A stretch of 62,937 nt of DNA, the filler included, from a bacterium (lineage in GTDB: Bacteria > JBDRGX01): the NCBI GenBank assembly GCA_043817485.1. It is 6 parts of 6 records of this genome, joined end to end, with 100 filler letters (N's around TTAATTAATTAA, not from the genome) between each part and the next. Parts side by side here need not be neighbours in the genome. Positions count along the whole stretch, not along the records: positions 1 to 16,856 come from JBDRGX010000051.1; positions 16,957 to 24,405 come from JBDRGX010000052.1; 4 more parts are not named here. One strand, 5' to 3'. Shown here one piece after another: positions 9,269 to 18,511 of the stretch (within the stretch, counting starts at the first letter, position 1; every line of letters starts with the position of its first letter). The notes under the pieces are model-generated. The model was not told where the DNA came from, did no database searches, and saw nothing but the letters and a program-made list of their open reading frames with translations. A program made the position numbers and the translations under genes.

Positions 9269-10996
9269 TTACTTCAACATCAGCATTTTTTTACAATTTA
9301 GTGATTTGTTGTTCACAATTGTTTCATAAAAATACATTCCCGATGAAACTTCTTTTCCTAAATTATCTCTTCCATCCCAATATACTGAATTATTTGTATT
9401 ATTTGTAATTACTTCTCTTACTACTTGTCCTAATATATTGTATATTTTTATTTTAACATTTTGTGATTTGTTATTTGCTATTTCTAATGGGATATAACAT
9501 TCGGGATTAAATGGATTTGGATAACTTTTATTTATGGACATAGTAGTATTAGAAAAAATAGAATTGGCAGTATTTATTTTTACACTAAAAGTCATTGTAT
9601 TTCCAGAAGTAATTAAATTGTAAATAGAAATATTTGATATATTTCCTTTATTACTATGCGTATTTGGAATAGTAGTAGCATTAAAAGATATTTCTGGATT
9701 ACGAACAGAATTAGGTGGTGCTGGATTAGGATTAGAAAAAGCAGCAAAATCAGCATAAGGAAAAGAATAATTATTATTTGCAGTATTAAAATTAGGGTCA
9801 TGATTATAATTATAAGAATCTTCTATCCATATTCTATAATAAGGATTTTTTGGAAGTCCATTATTTCCACCATCTATTGGCATTGTTTCATCAACATGAG
9901 AAATAATAAGTCCAGAATCTGGCAATGTAGCATCATATTTTCCTCCCCAATTTTTAGTTCGGTTTTCAATTAAAAAATATTCTTTATTATTTGTATTTGG
10001 TATGATTATTTTATATAATCTATTATTTGTATTCAGTCCAGTGGCGTTTATAGAATAAGTTCCATTTGTAGTTATTGTTGTATAGGGAAGATCCAATGGA
10101 GTAGTGTTATGACTAGTAGGATCTGCATCTAAATCCATTTTTAAATAACCAGAAAGATGAGCAGGAAATTGTGATTGTCCTAAATAAGCTCCTAATGACA
10201 TTAAACACCACCAACCTGTAGGAAAAAAATCTGGATCATCATAATCATAAAGATCTGGTGCTCCTAAATCATGACAAAATTCATGACAAAAAGTTCCAAT
10301 AGAAAGAGCATCTTCATTATTGATTTTAAAATCAGGATCTTCAGCACAAATAACAGCAGAAACTATTTTTTTATTATCATATCTCCCAAACCCAAATAAT
10401 GCAGAAGTAGAAATACACACTGACCAAATATCGTTTGAATTACCAGTTCTGGCTTCATCATTCCCAGAATGAATAATAAAAACATGATCTACTACGCCAT
10501 CATTGTTTTTGTCATATTGACTAAAATCTACTTGTGAATTTATTGCATTTAAAGAATCTACTACTAAATTTGTAATTTTTTCATTTGATTCATCATTGTA
10601 TTCGCTAATGTTTTTAGGTAGTTTAACCCAGTTAATAGCCCCATTTAATATTCCCGGCAAGATTTCCATTTTTCCATTACTTATTTCATAAAAATAATTA
10701 TAAACACTTGGAATTAGTGAATCTTTAGAAAAGATATGTTTATTAAATAAACTGACATTTCTTAAATGCAATTTATCTTGAAATTCAACAAGAATTACTA
10801 AAACCTCTTCTTTTCCATTTTTTTGAGGAATAAAATTCAATCTTTGCATATCTGGATCTTTAAACTTTTTATAATTGCTATTAATGGACATTTTACCATT
10901 TGTATTTTTTTTAAATAATAAATTTGGATGAGGTGGAACAGAAAAACTAAAATTTGAAACTAAAAAAATAAAAATTAAACAAAAGATTTTAATCAT
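9269..10996 (-). CDS. Secreted M6 (immune inhibitor A-like) metalloprotease with C-terminal T9SS/FlgD-Ig-like domain
   Basis: Signal peptide, VILVEF.D, DFSQYD.NNDGVVD, HEFCHDLGAPDLYD zinc site, CLMSLG Met-turn, EYFLIENR, C-terminal YPNPFNP...IYNILGQVVR...YWDGRD...GMYFY. Confidence 0.9.
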   Translation of the reverse strand: MIKIFCLIFIFLVSNFSFSVPPHPNLLFKKNTNGKMSINSNYKKFKDPDMQRLNFIPQKNGKEEVLVILVEFQDKLHLRNVSLFNKHIFSKDSLIPSVYNYFYEISNGKMEILPGILNGAINWVKLPKNISEYNDESNEKITNLVVDSLNAINSQVDFSQYDKNNDGVVDHVFIIHSGNDEARTGNSNDIWSVCISTSALFGFGRYDNKKIVSAVICAEDPDFKINNEDALSIGTFCHEFCHDLGAPDLYDYDDPDFFPTGWWCLMSLGAYLGQSQFPAHLSGYLKMDLDADPTSHNTTPLDLPYTTITTNGTYSINATGLNTNNRLYKIIIPNTNNKEYFLIENRTKNWGGKYDATLPDSGLIISHVDETMPIDGGNNGLPKNPYYRIWIEDSYNYNHDPNFNTANNNYSFPYADFAAFSNPNPAPPNSVRNPEISFNATTIPNTHSNKGNISNISIYNLITSGNTMTFSVKINTANSIFSNTTMSINKSYPNPFNPECYIPLEIANNKSQNVKIKIYNILGQVVREVITNNTNNSVYWDGRDNLGKEVSSGMYFYETIVNNKSLNCKKMLMLK

Positions 10997-11125
10997 AAAT
11001 ATATTTCCTTTATTTTAAAAAGTCAGTGAAAATGAAAATTTTTAAAATTCATTTTATAATAAAGTTAATTAATTAATTTGCAATCAAAATAATGACAAGG
11101 TGATAAGCAGCCGTAACAAAGGCAA

Positions 11126-11155
11126 CACAATTAGCGTTTGAATGCGACTTGGTAT
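11126..11155 (-). repeat. 30-bp repeat, left copy of an inverted pair with 12146-12175
   Basis: Reverse complement ATACCAAGTCGCATTCAAACGCTAATTGTG matches 12146-12175 at 27/30 positions. Confidence 0.85.
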
Positions 11156-11163
11156 AAAAAATA

Positions 11164-12096
11164 TTAAAAATTTCTTCCAATATTTAAAAAATAAATTTGT
11201 TTTAGTAAATTTTCTGATAAAATAATTTTAAGTCCTGGATCAATTACAAGTTTTGATCCTAAAATGTTTTTTAAAAAATATTGCCAAAAATTTTCAGTTT
11301 TTTCTATATAAATTTCTGGTTTATAACTTAAGCCCAAACAAACCCATTTAGAAGTTTTAGTTGCTTCACTTATTCTAACAGATATTTCATTAACAAAACA
11401 TAATTTTTTATTTTGGTACCAGTGAGTTTCTCCAAGATGAATTTCATGATAAATTTTTTTAGCAAAAATTTCTTCTCCTAATTCAACTAACACACCTATT
11501 GAAAAAAATTGATGGGAATTGAAAGTTACGCCTAAATCTAATTTTTGCTTTTCATTTATTGAAGATTTTATCTGCCAAAGTAAATTTGGATGAGCAAAAT
11601 TTTGATACAAACATTTAAAATTATAAGAATTTCCTTTTTTATCTAACATAGAATAAATTATTCCTAAATCTAAACTTGGAGAAAAAAGAATTTCTTTTTT
11701 TTGAGATGGATCACTAATTTTAACAAATTTCCATGAAATTCCAGCAAATAAATTAGGCAAAGTTTTTAATCCAAATGATGCTTTAAACATCTTTTCATTT
11801 TTAAAAACATTATTTTCATAAAATGTTTGTTCAGCATTTGCTAAACTAAAATTAGGATTTAAAAAATAAATTGAACTTCCATAAGATGCATTTTTTAAAT
11901 CAAAATCCAAAAAACCTCCAATAGAAATTTTATTTTCATCTAAATATCCTAATAATGCTGGATTAAAAATTATTCCCAATGTATCTATAGTTTTAAAATT
12001 AAAATTGAAATTTTCTATATCTTGTTCTTGAGAAGCAGAAAAACAAATACAATGAATAAAAATAAAACAAGAAAATAATATATATTTTAATTTCAT
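11164..12096 (-). CDS. Hypothetical outer-membrane beta-barrel-like protein (divergent PorV/PorQ-like)
   Basis: Signal peptide, IFNPALLG motif, alternating beta-strand pattern, C-terminal Phe. Confidence 0.55.
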   Translation of the reverse strand: MKLKYILFSCFIFIHCICFSASQEQDIENFNFNFKTIDTLGIIFNPALLGYLDENKISIGGFLDFDLKNASYGSSIYFLNPNFSLANAEQTFYENNVFKNEKMFKASFGLKTLPNLFAGISWKFVKISDPSQKKEILFSPSLDLGIIYSMLDKKGNSYNFKCLYQNFAHPNLLWQIKSSINEKQKLDLGVTFNSHQFFSIGVLVELGEEIFAKKIYHEIHLGETHWYQNKKLCFVNEISVRISEATKTSKWVCLGLSYKPEIYIEKTENFWQYFLKNILGSKLVIDPGLKIILSENLLKQIYFLNIGRNF

Positions 12097-12145
12097 TAAA
12101 ATAAAAATCCTCCATATTAAAATAATAAAATTACTAATTTTTATA

Positions 12146-12175
12146 ATACCAAGTCGTATTTAAACGCTAACTGTG
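12146..12175 (+). repeat. 30-bp repeat, right copy of an inverted pair with 11126-11155
   Basis: ATACCAAGTCGTATTTAAACGCTAACTGTG. Confidence 0.85.
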
Positions 12176-12231
12176 ACTTCTCCTGCGTATAATTTAATAT
12201 GCTTTTATCGTCCTTTCTTTGTGCTTTGTTA

Positions 12232-12963
12232 TTATTTTGAATTCAACTTAGTATAAGTTAATCCAATATGTCCATAAGTTTTTTGAATTCCACTATATCC
12301 GTTATTTATTCTAAATACAAAATTTGTACTTATTTGTGAAGTTAAATTATATTTAAGTCCAAAACTGAAAAAACTTGTATTTTTTAAATTTAGTTCTGTT
12401 GCCCAAGTAAAATTATTTTCTAAAATTATTTTCAAATTTTTTTGAAGATTACATTCTAATCCAAGTAGAATTCCCAAATTAAAAGGCATATGAATACCTA
12501 AATGCAATTTGCTATTTAAAAACCATGGTTTTTTATCACTAATAATTCCATATAAACCATAAGGAGAACATAATCCTAATGCAATACCACATTCTTCTTC
12601 TTGAATAAGGGAATATTTTAAAGATGGGAATAAAGGAACAATCATATTATTAGATGCTTTTTTAATATCTTGAGATTTAGTTTTATTTTGTATAAAATTA
12701 TCTTCATATAAAGGAGTGTTAGTAAGTCCTACTTCTAAATTAGAACTTGAAAAACCGAAATTAAAATTTAAAGAATAAGGATATAAATTCATATTTACAC
12801 CTTGAGCTGGTCTACTGAAATAACTAAAATTAAATTGTCCATTTTTTGTTGCAAAACCTGTAGGAATAAAATTTAATCCAGAAAATCCAAAATAAGTAGA
12901 TTGAGAAAAAGATATTTGAGATAGACAAAATAATATTATAAAAATCAAAACATTTTTTTTCAT
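12232..12963 (-). CDS. Hypothetical secreted/outer-membrane protein, YjbH-like N-terminus
   Basis: Signal peptide followed by GFSGLNFIPT; beta-strand-rich. Confidence 0.55.
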   Translation of the reverse strand: MKKNVLIFIILFCLSQISFSQSTYFGFSGLNFIPTGFATKNGQFNFSYFSRPAQGVNMNLYPYSLNFNFGFSSSNLEVGLTNTPLYEDNFIQNKTKSQDIKKASNNMIVPLFPSLKYSLIQEEECGIALGLCSPYGLYGIISDKKPWFLNSKLHLGIHMPFNLGILLGLECNLQKNLKIILENNFTWATELNLKNTSFFSFGLKYNLTSQISTNFVFRINNGYSGIQKTYGHIGLTYTKLNSK

Positions 12964-13022
12964 TTTTTCCTTTCTTTATTAATATTATGATAAGAAGATT
13001 TTGCAGATTACTACGAAGTAAT

Positions 13023-14228
13023 TCATTTTTTAATTCTAACGAATTTTCTTTTGCCTACTTTTAAAATCATATCATTTTTAATTAAAATTTCTTCATTTAT
13101 ATTTGTAATATTTATTTTATCTACATCTACGGCTTTTTGTTCTATTAATCTTCGAGCTTCACTATTTGAATTTACTAAACCAGATATTATCAGAAGTTTT
13201 ATTATTCCAAGTTTTTCATCTTTTATTTCTATTTCTGGAATTTCATCGGGTATTTTTTTTTGAGAAAAAATTTTTTCAAATTCTTCATAAGATTTTTTTG
13301 CTTCAGTTTCATTATGATATATTTTAACTATTTCATAAGCAAGTTTTTTCTTTATTATCATAGGATGAAGAATATTGTTTTTCATTTTTTTTTCAAAATT
13401 TTCAATTTCGTCTGAAGAAAAAGTAGTTAGTAGTTTATAATATTTAAACATTAAATCATCAGGAATAGACATTGTTTTGCCAAAAATTTCTTTTGAAGAT
13501 TCATTGATACCGATGTAATTACCTAAACTTTTGCTCATTTTTTCTTTTCCATCAATTCCTTCTAAAAGAGGCAGAGTAATGGCTATTTGAGGAACTTGTC
13601 CATAATGTTTTTGAATTATTCTTCCAATTAATAAATTAAATCTTTGATCAGAGCCGCCAATTTCAACATCTGCTTTTACTTGCACAGAATCATATGCTTG
13701 AATAAGAGGATACATAAATTCGATTAAACTAATATCTTTATTTTGTTCATATCTTTTTCTAAAAGTACCATGTTCTAATATTTTGGCTAATGTAATTGCT
13801 GAAGAAAGTTTAATTATTTCAGCAAAATTCATTTTATTATACCATTGACTATTCAATAGTAATTGTGTTTTGCTTTCATCTAAAATTTGAAATATTTGTT
13901 CTTTATAAGTTTGGGCATTTTTTATGACTTGTTCTTGAGTTAAAAGCTTCCGTGTACTGGATTTTCCAGAAGGATCTCCAATTCTTCCCGTAAAATCTCC
14001 AATTATAAAAATAACTTCATGGCCTAAATTCTGAAATTGTTTTAATTTTCTAATTGGAACGGTATGTCCTAAATGAATATCTGGAACTGATGGATCTACA
14101 CCTAATTTTATTTTAAGAGGAGTATTTGTTTTTAAAGAATTTTGTAGTTTTTGTTTTAATTCTTCTTCTTCAATTATTTCTAATACACCTTTTTTAATTT
14201 CTTTTAATTGTTGTTCTATTTCTAACAA
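13023..14228 (-). CDS. tyrS: Tyrosine--tRNA ligase
   Basis: KLGVDPS..DIHLGH, IGDPSG, YPLIQAYD, GGSDQ, KMSKS, C-terminal S4 domain. TTG start after AGGAG. Confidence 0.98.
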   Translation of the reverse strand: MLEIEQQLKEIKKGVLEIIEEEELKQKLQNSLKTNTPLKIKLGVDPSVPDIHLGHTVPIRKLKQFQNLGHEVIFIIGDFTGRIGDPSGKSSTRKLLTQEQVIKNAQTYKEQIFQILDESKTQLLLNSQWYNKMNFAEIIKLSSAITLAKILEHGTFRKRYEQNKDISLIEFMYPLIQAYDSVQVKADVEIGGSDQRFNLLIGRIIQKHYGQVPQIAITLPLLEGIDGKEKMSKSLGNYIGINESSKEIFGKTMSIPDDLMFKYYKLLTTFSSDEIENFEKKMKNNILHPMIIKKKLAYEIVKIYHNETEAKKSYEEFEKIFSQKKIPDEIPEIEIKDEKLGIIKLLIISGLVNSNSEARRLIEQKAVDVDKINITNINEEILIKNDMILKVGKRKFVRIKK

Positions 14229-14243
14229 AATTTACTCCTTTAT

Positions 14244-14738
14244 TTAATGTTTTTTTTGATGTTTTTTTCTCCAAAGATAAGGAGATTCAAAAGTTGGAGA
14301 AGAAGTTTCTTTAGATGCTTTTAAAATTTGATTTGCAAATTTTTCAAAACCATTATTTCCATAAAAAGAAATTGTTTCATAAGCTAATTTTGCTTTAATA
14401 AGTTTTACTGCTAAAAGTTCATCATCAATTAAAATATGAGCAAGTAATCGGTTATATTTATCTTTTGTAGAAGGAAAATATTTTATAGTTTTAGCTTTTA
14501 ATATTGCATTTTTAGTAAATTCTGCTGCAATTTCTCCCATTTCTTGATTTTTAAATATTCCATGTTCTTTATGAATTATTTCTGGAGCATCAATTCCTAA
14601 AATTCTTATAGATATATTTTTATAAAAAATTGTATCTCCATCATCAAATTTTATAAATTTTTTATTCATGTTTATGGAGTTAGAATTACATCCAATAATT
14701 ATTATTAAAAATAAAAATAAAAATATTTTTTGTTTCAA
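14244..14738 (-). CDS. Thermonuclease (SNase) family lipoprotein
   Basis: Lipobox-like IIGC, DGDT, RILGIDAPE, DKYNRLLA. Confidence 0.88.
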   Translation of the reverse strand: MKQKIFLFLFLIIIIGCNSNSINMNKKFIKFDDGDTIFYKNISIRILGIDAPEIIHKEHGIFKNQEMGEIAAEFTKNAILKAKTIKYFPSTKDKYNRLLAHILIDDELLAVKLIKAKLAYETISFYGNNGFEKFANQILKASKETSSPTFESPYLWRKKHQKKH

Positions 14739-14760
14739 AATTAGTCCTTTTTATTATTAA

Positions 14761-14797
14761 AAATTTAGGGCAAGAAATAAAATCTCGCCCTAAATTT
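14761..14797. terminator. Hairpin, probable terminator downstream of 14860-16359
   Basis: AAATTTAGGGC...GCCCTAAATTT inverted repeat with A/T-rich flanks. Confidence 0.6.
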
Positions 14798-14859
14798 CTT
14801 TTCAACTTTTTACAATTTTGAGTTTTATTGTAAAACAACAAAATCTAAAATATTAGTAT

Positions 14860-16359
14860 TTATTTCAACATCAACATTTTTTTACAATTTTGTGTTTTGT
14901 TGTTTATAATTGTTTCATAAAAATACATTCCTGAACTTACTTCTTTTCCTAAATTATCTCTTCCATCCCAATATACACTACTATTTGCATTGTTTGTAAT
15001 TACTTCTCTGACTACTTGGCCAAGTATATTATATATCTTTATTTTTACATTTAGATTTTGGGATTTGTTATTTGACATTTCTATTGGTATATAACATTCT
15101 GGATTAAATGGATTTGGATAAGATGAAATTTTATTTTTATAAAATATATTTTTATCTATATTTGTTTCTGCTTTATAAGAATAATAAATTACATTAAATT
15201 GATCATCATAAGTATTTTCTGCACAAACAATATCAACTTTTTCATCAATATTTTTTGCACTACTTGGACAATAATTACTTTTATCTGAACTATTAGAAAT
15301 ATTTATAATTTCTCCCCATTCTCCAGACATTTTTTTTTGACGACAATATATTTCTGTATCATTACTTGTATCAGTACTTCCAGCAAACCAAGTACAATAA
15401 ATGTTATTATTTTTATCATAACTTAAACTAGGACAAAAAGAACGAAAATTAGGAATTTTTCCAATTATGGTATATTTTTGATCCCAAATTCCATTTACGC
15501 ATTTTTTATATAAAATTCTTTCTTCATATGTTTCTTTTATAAAATCACCCCAAGCTAAGTGAATAACATCATTATTATCAACAACAATACTAGGTTCACA
15601 TGACCAATTAGAAGTATTACTGAAGTTAAGAATAATTGGTTCCCAAATGTCATTTTTAAAATTATATTTTCCCATAGAAATATTTACTCCATATTCTCCA
15701 TTATCTCCGTTATTGTATTCACCCCATGCTACATAAAGATTATTTTGAGAATCTACATCAACATCTACCATTACAGATTTTTGATTTAATGAATTATTAA
15801 TTCTTGTTATTTCTGACCAATTTTCAGTTATTGCATTATATTTGCGATAAAAAATATCATAATGTATTAAACCATAAAATTTATCTTCCCAAAACACATA
15901 AACATTATCATTTTTATCAATTACAATAGAAGGAAAGCGTGATTTATCATCTGGAGTATTGCTAATATTTAAAATATTGCTATCCCAAATTCCATTTACA
16001 CATTTTTTATAGTAAATTTCTTTTTCATTAACATCCCAAACTAAATGTAAATTATTATTACTATCAATATTTAAAGCACAATGTTGTAAATTACTGCCAC
16101 TTGCTATTATAATTGGAGTAATAAATTTTGTATCTTGTTTTGAATTAGATTTAGTATATATAATATTATTTTTATCTGAAAAAACAATATGAATAATTCC
16201 ATTTGTATCTTTTACTATTTTTCTTCCATTTGGTTGTTCTGTAGCTAAATTATTAGTATTAGCAGTTCCAACAATTGTAGAAGTTATAGCATTTACAAAT
16301 GAAAAAGTAAAAATATAAATATAAATAAAAACAAAACAACTTAAAATTATTTTTTTCAT
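14860..16359 (-). CDS. Secreted beta-propeller repeat protein with C-terminal T9SS/FlgD-Ig-like domain
   Basis: Signal peptide, repeated D.N..(L/I)H.VW...IYY...W...NISN...S..PSI units, same C-terminal tag as the M6 protease. Confidence 0.8.
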   Translation of the reverse strand: MKKIILSCFVFIYIYIFTFSFVNAITSTIVGTANTNNLATEQPNGRKIVKDTNGIIHIVFSDKNNIIYTKSNSKQDTKFITPIIIASGSNLQHCALNIDSNNNLHLVWDVNEKEIYYKKCVNGIWDSNILNISNTPDDKSRFPSIVIDKNDNVYVFWEDKFYGLIHYDIFYRKYNAITENWSEITRINNSLNQKSVMVDVDVDSQNNLYVAWGEYNNGDNGEYGVNISMGKYNFKNDIWEPIILNFSNTSNWSCEPSIVVDNNDVIHLAWGDFIKETYEERILYKKCVNGIWDQKYTIIGKIPNFRSFCPSLSYDKNNNIYCTWFAGSTDTSNDTEIYCRQKKMSGEWGEIINISNSSDKSNYCPSSAKNIDEKVDIVCAENTYDDQFNVIYYSYKAETNIDKNIFYKNKISSYPNPFNPECYIPIEMSNNKSQNLNVKIKIYNILGQVVREVITNNANSSVYWDGRDNLGKEVSSGMYFYETIINNKTQNCKKMLMLK

Positions 16360-16430
16360 TTTTCCCTATTTTTTTTAAAAAAAGTATTAAAATAATTACT
16401 TTGATAAATGCAATTACCAATACTATAATA

Positions 16431-16466
16431 TTTCATAGAGACGCAATTTTTTGCGTCTCTATGAAA
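16431..16466. repeat. REP-like palindrome (GTAGAGACGC-type)
   Basis: TTTCATAGAGACGCAA-TTTT-TTGCGTCTCTATGAAA, perfect 16-bp arms, just after the stop of the upstream minus-strand gene. Confidence 0.75.
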
Positions 16467-16473
16467 ATTGTTT

Positions 16474-16856
16474 TTATTTCAACATCAGCATTTTTTTACA
16501 ATTTTGTGTTTTGTTGTTTACAATTGTTTCATAAAAGTACATTCCTGAACTTACTTCTTTTCCTAAATTATCTCTTCCATCCCAATATATTGAATTATTT
16601 GCATTATTTGTCATTACTTCTCTTACTACCTGTCCAAGTATGTTATATATTTTGATTTTGATGTTTGAGATTAAAGATTTATTATTTGTTTTTTCTATTG
16701 GTATATAACATTCTGGATTAAATGGATTTGGATAATTAGCTATATTCATTTTTGAATTATTTGTCATTTTATCAATAGAATTTGTGTTAAGAGATTCTCC
16801 CATTTGTTTTATTGTATTAAACCATTCTTGAGGATGTTGTTTCCATTGACCACGAG
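16474..16856 (-). CDS. 3' fragment of a third secreted protein with the same C-terminal tag (5' end lost at contig edge)
   Basis: Frame open to the contig end (RGQWKQHPQEWFNTIKQMG...), ending YPNPFNPECYIP...NCKKMLMLK. Confidence 0.85.
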
Positions 16857-16956
16857 NNNNNNNNNNNNNNNNNNNNNNNNNNNNNNNNNNNNNNNNNNNN
16901 TTAATTAATTAANNNNNNNNNNNNNNNNNNNNNNNNNNNNNNNNNNNNNNNNNNNN
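16857..16956. other. Artificial contig-joining linker
   Basis: N44-TTAATTAATTAA-N44, giving stops in all six frames. Confidence 0.99.
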
Positions 16957-16957
16957 T

Positions 16958-17971
16958 TTGAGTTTTTTTGAAGATTCGTATAATCATTTATTTGAAAATA
17001 ACAGTTATTATCTCTGGGCGGAGTATATAGGTTTTTTTTCGCGTTTAATAATAGATTTATTTAATCCTTTAGAGTATAATTCAGATATAATTATAAGTGA
17101 TAAAACAAAAAAAAAATTTCAGGACAATATAAAAAATCTAAGATTGAATTCCACTGGTTTTAATATAAAAAAAATAGAATCTATTAGAAATGAAGTAAAA
17201 GAACAAATAAAAACAAATGACACCATAATAAATAACTTTATTATTTACAATCTCCCTGGAATAAAAGATAAGACATTTAATAAATTATACATTAAGAATA
17301 TTATTGATGAGCGATTAGTGAAATGCACGGAGTTTTTATTGTCTATATGGGTAAAAGCAGGTGAAGATTCTTTATTTGACAACTCAGAAGATGATACTAT
17401 TAATGAATATTTTTTTTTAGGTCAAATATATGTTAAAATAAGACAATTAGAACATGCTGAAAGAATTTATAAAGAAATGTTCGAAAAATTTTTAAAGCAT
17501 ATACTATTGTATTATTCCCTTGCGAAGTTTTATTCTGATATAGGTAAAGAGGATTTAGCAGCCGATGTGCTTTTTGCATTCTTTGAAAAAAACAAGAATT
17601 CTGATGACAAATATTTTATAATCACCGAACCTAAAATAGAAATAAAAGTTTCTCCACTGGATAGTTCAAAAACTGTATATTATGAAAAATTCGGTAGTAT
17701 TTTACCTATTATTAATGATATAAAAAAAACAAGACAGGAATGGCTGGAAATAGAATCTGATAAAAAAATGAAATATTTTATAAAATCAACTTCCGGTCAA
17801 ATAATAGATAAATATGCTCTTATTTTCATGCTTGCCTATAATCTTGACAGGCTTAAAGGAAGAAGTATTTTGTCTAAGGAATCTAAAAATGTATGGAAAC
17901 TTTTACTTGATACCAGATTTGATAATATTGCAAGAAACCGATTGTTTTATGGGGGCAAAAAAAATGATTAA
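16958..17971 (+). CDS. Hypothetical protein (5' partial) with TPR-like helices
   Basis: Open from the contig edge; LGQIYVKIRQLEHAERIY and LAKFYSDIGKEDLAA are TPR-like segments. Confidence 0.65.
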   Translation: MSFFEDSYNHLFENNSYYLWAEYIGFFSRLIIDLFNPLEYNSDIIISDKTKKKFQDNIKNLRLNSTGFNIKKIESIRNEVKEQIKTNDTIINNFIIYNLPGIKDKTFNKLYIKNIIDERLVKCTEFLLSIWVKAGEDSLFDNSEDDTINEYFFLGQIYVKIRQLEHAERIYKEMFEKFLKHILLYYSLAKFYSDIGKEDLAADVLFAFFEKNKNSDDKYFIITEPKIEIKVSPLDSSKTVYYEKFGSILPIINDIKKTRQEWLEIESDKKMKYFIKSTSGQIIDKYALIFMLAYNLDRLKGRSILSKESKNVWKLLLDTRFDNIARNRLFYGGKKND

Positions 17972-18506
17972 ACAAAAATCTGTTAAAAGAAGAAAATTTT
18001 TAATTATACCGGAGTTTCAATTAAAATATTCATTTTATATTTCGTTTATTTTAATGGTTTTTATCTTGTTTGCTGAATATTTTGTATTTCAATCTGTATC
18101 TAATATTTTACCGTCCGTATATTCCAGCAAAGTTGCAAATTTATTAAAATATTCAAGAATAACTTTTACTTTCATTGGTATTTTTTATATTGTTGTTATT
18201 GCAATTTTATCTGTATATTTTACACATAGAGTAGCAGGTCCGATATATCGTTTTAAAAAAGAAATAGACCAGATCGGTATAAATGACGGATTAAACCATA
18301 AATTTTATGTTAGAAAAAATGATGAATTGAAAGAAATAGTAAACAGCTTAAATTTAATGTTTGAAAGATTTGATGTTCAGGTTTCTGAAATAAGAATAAT
18401 TTTAGATTCCTTAAAAAATGATATAACTAATGATAATAAAGATAATTGTTTGGAAAAAATTAATAATCTAATAAATAAAATTGATTTAATAAGAAAAGGG
18501 GGCTAA
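17964..18506 (+). CDS. Two-TM HAMP-domain membrane protein
   Basis: RRKFLIIPEFQLKY N-terminus, two TM helices, THRVAGPIYRF...RKNDELKE HAMP motif. Confidence 0.8.
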   Translation: MIKQKSVKRRKFLIIPEFQLKYSFYISFILMVFILFAEYFVFQSVSNILPSVYSSKVANLLKYSRITFTFIGIFYIVVIAILSVYFTHRVAGPIYRFKKEIDQIGINDGLNHKFYVRKNDELKEIVNSLNLMFERFDVQVSEIRIILDSLKNDITNDNKDNCLEKINNLINKIDLIRKGG

Positions 18507-18511
18507 TTAAT

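Noticed and set aside
12176-12230. CGTATAAT...ATATG as a purine riboswitch
   Set aside because: Lacks the P2/P3 stems and the TTTCTACC core, and is not upstream of a purine gene.
13063-13076. 14-nt match (AAAATCATATCATT) between the CRISPR spacer and tyrS
   Set aside because: Short, very AT-rich, and the flanks do not match; plausible by chance in this composition.
9269-16735. Three near-identical 3' gene ends as DGR template/variable repeats
   Set aside because: All copies are coding, differences are largely synonymous and not adenine-specific, and there is no reverse transcriptase in the window.
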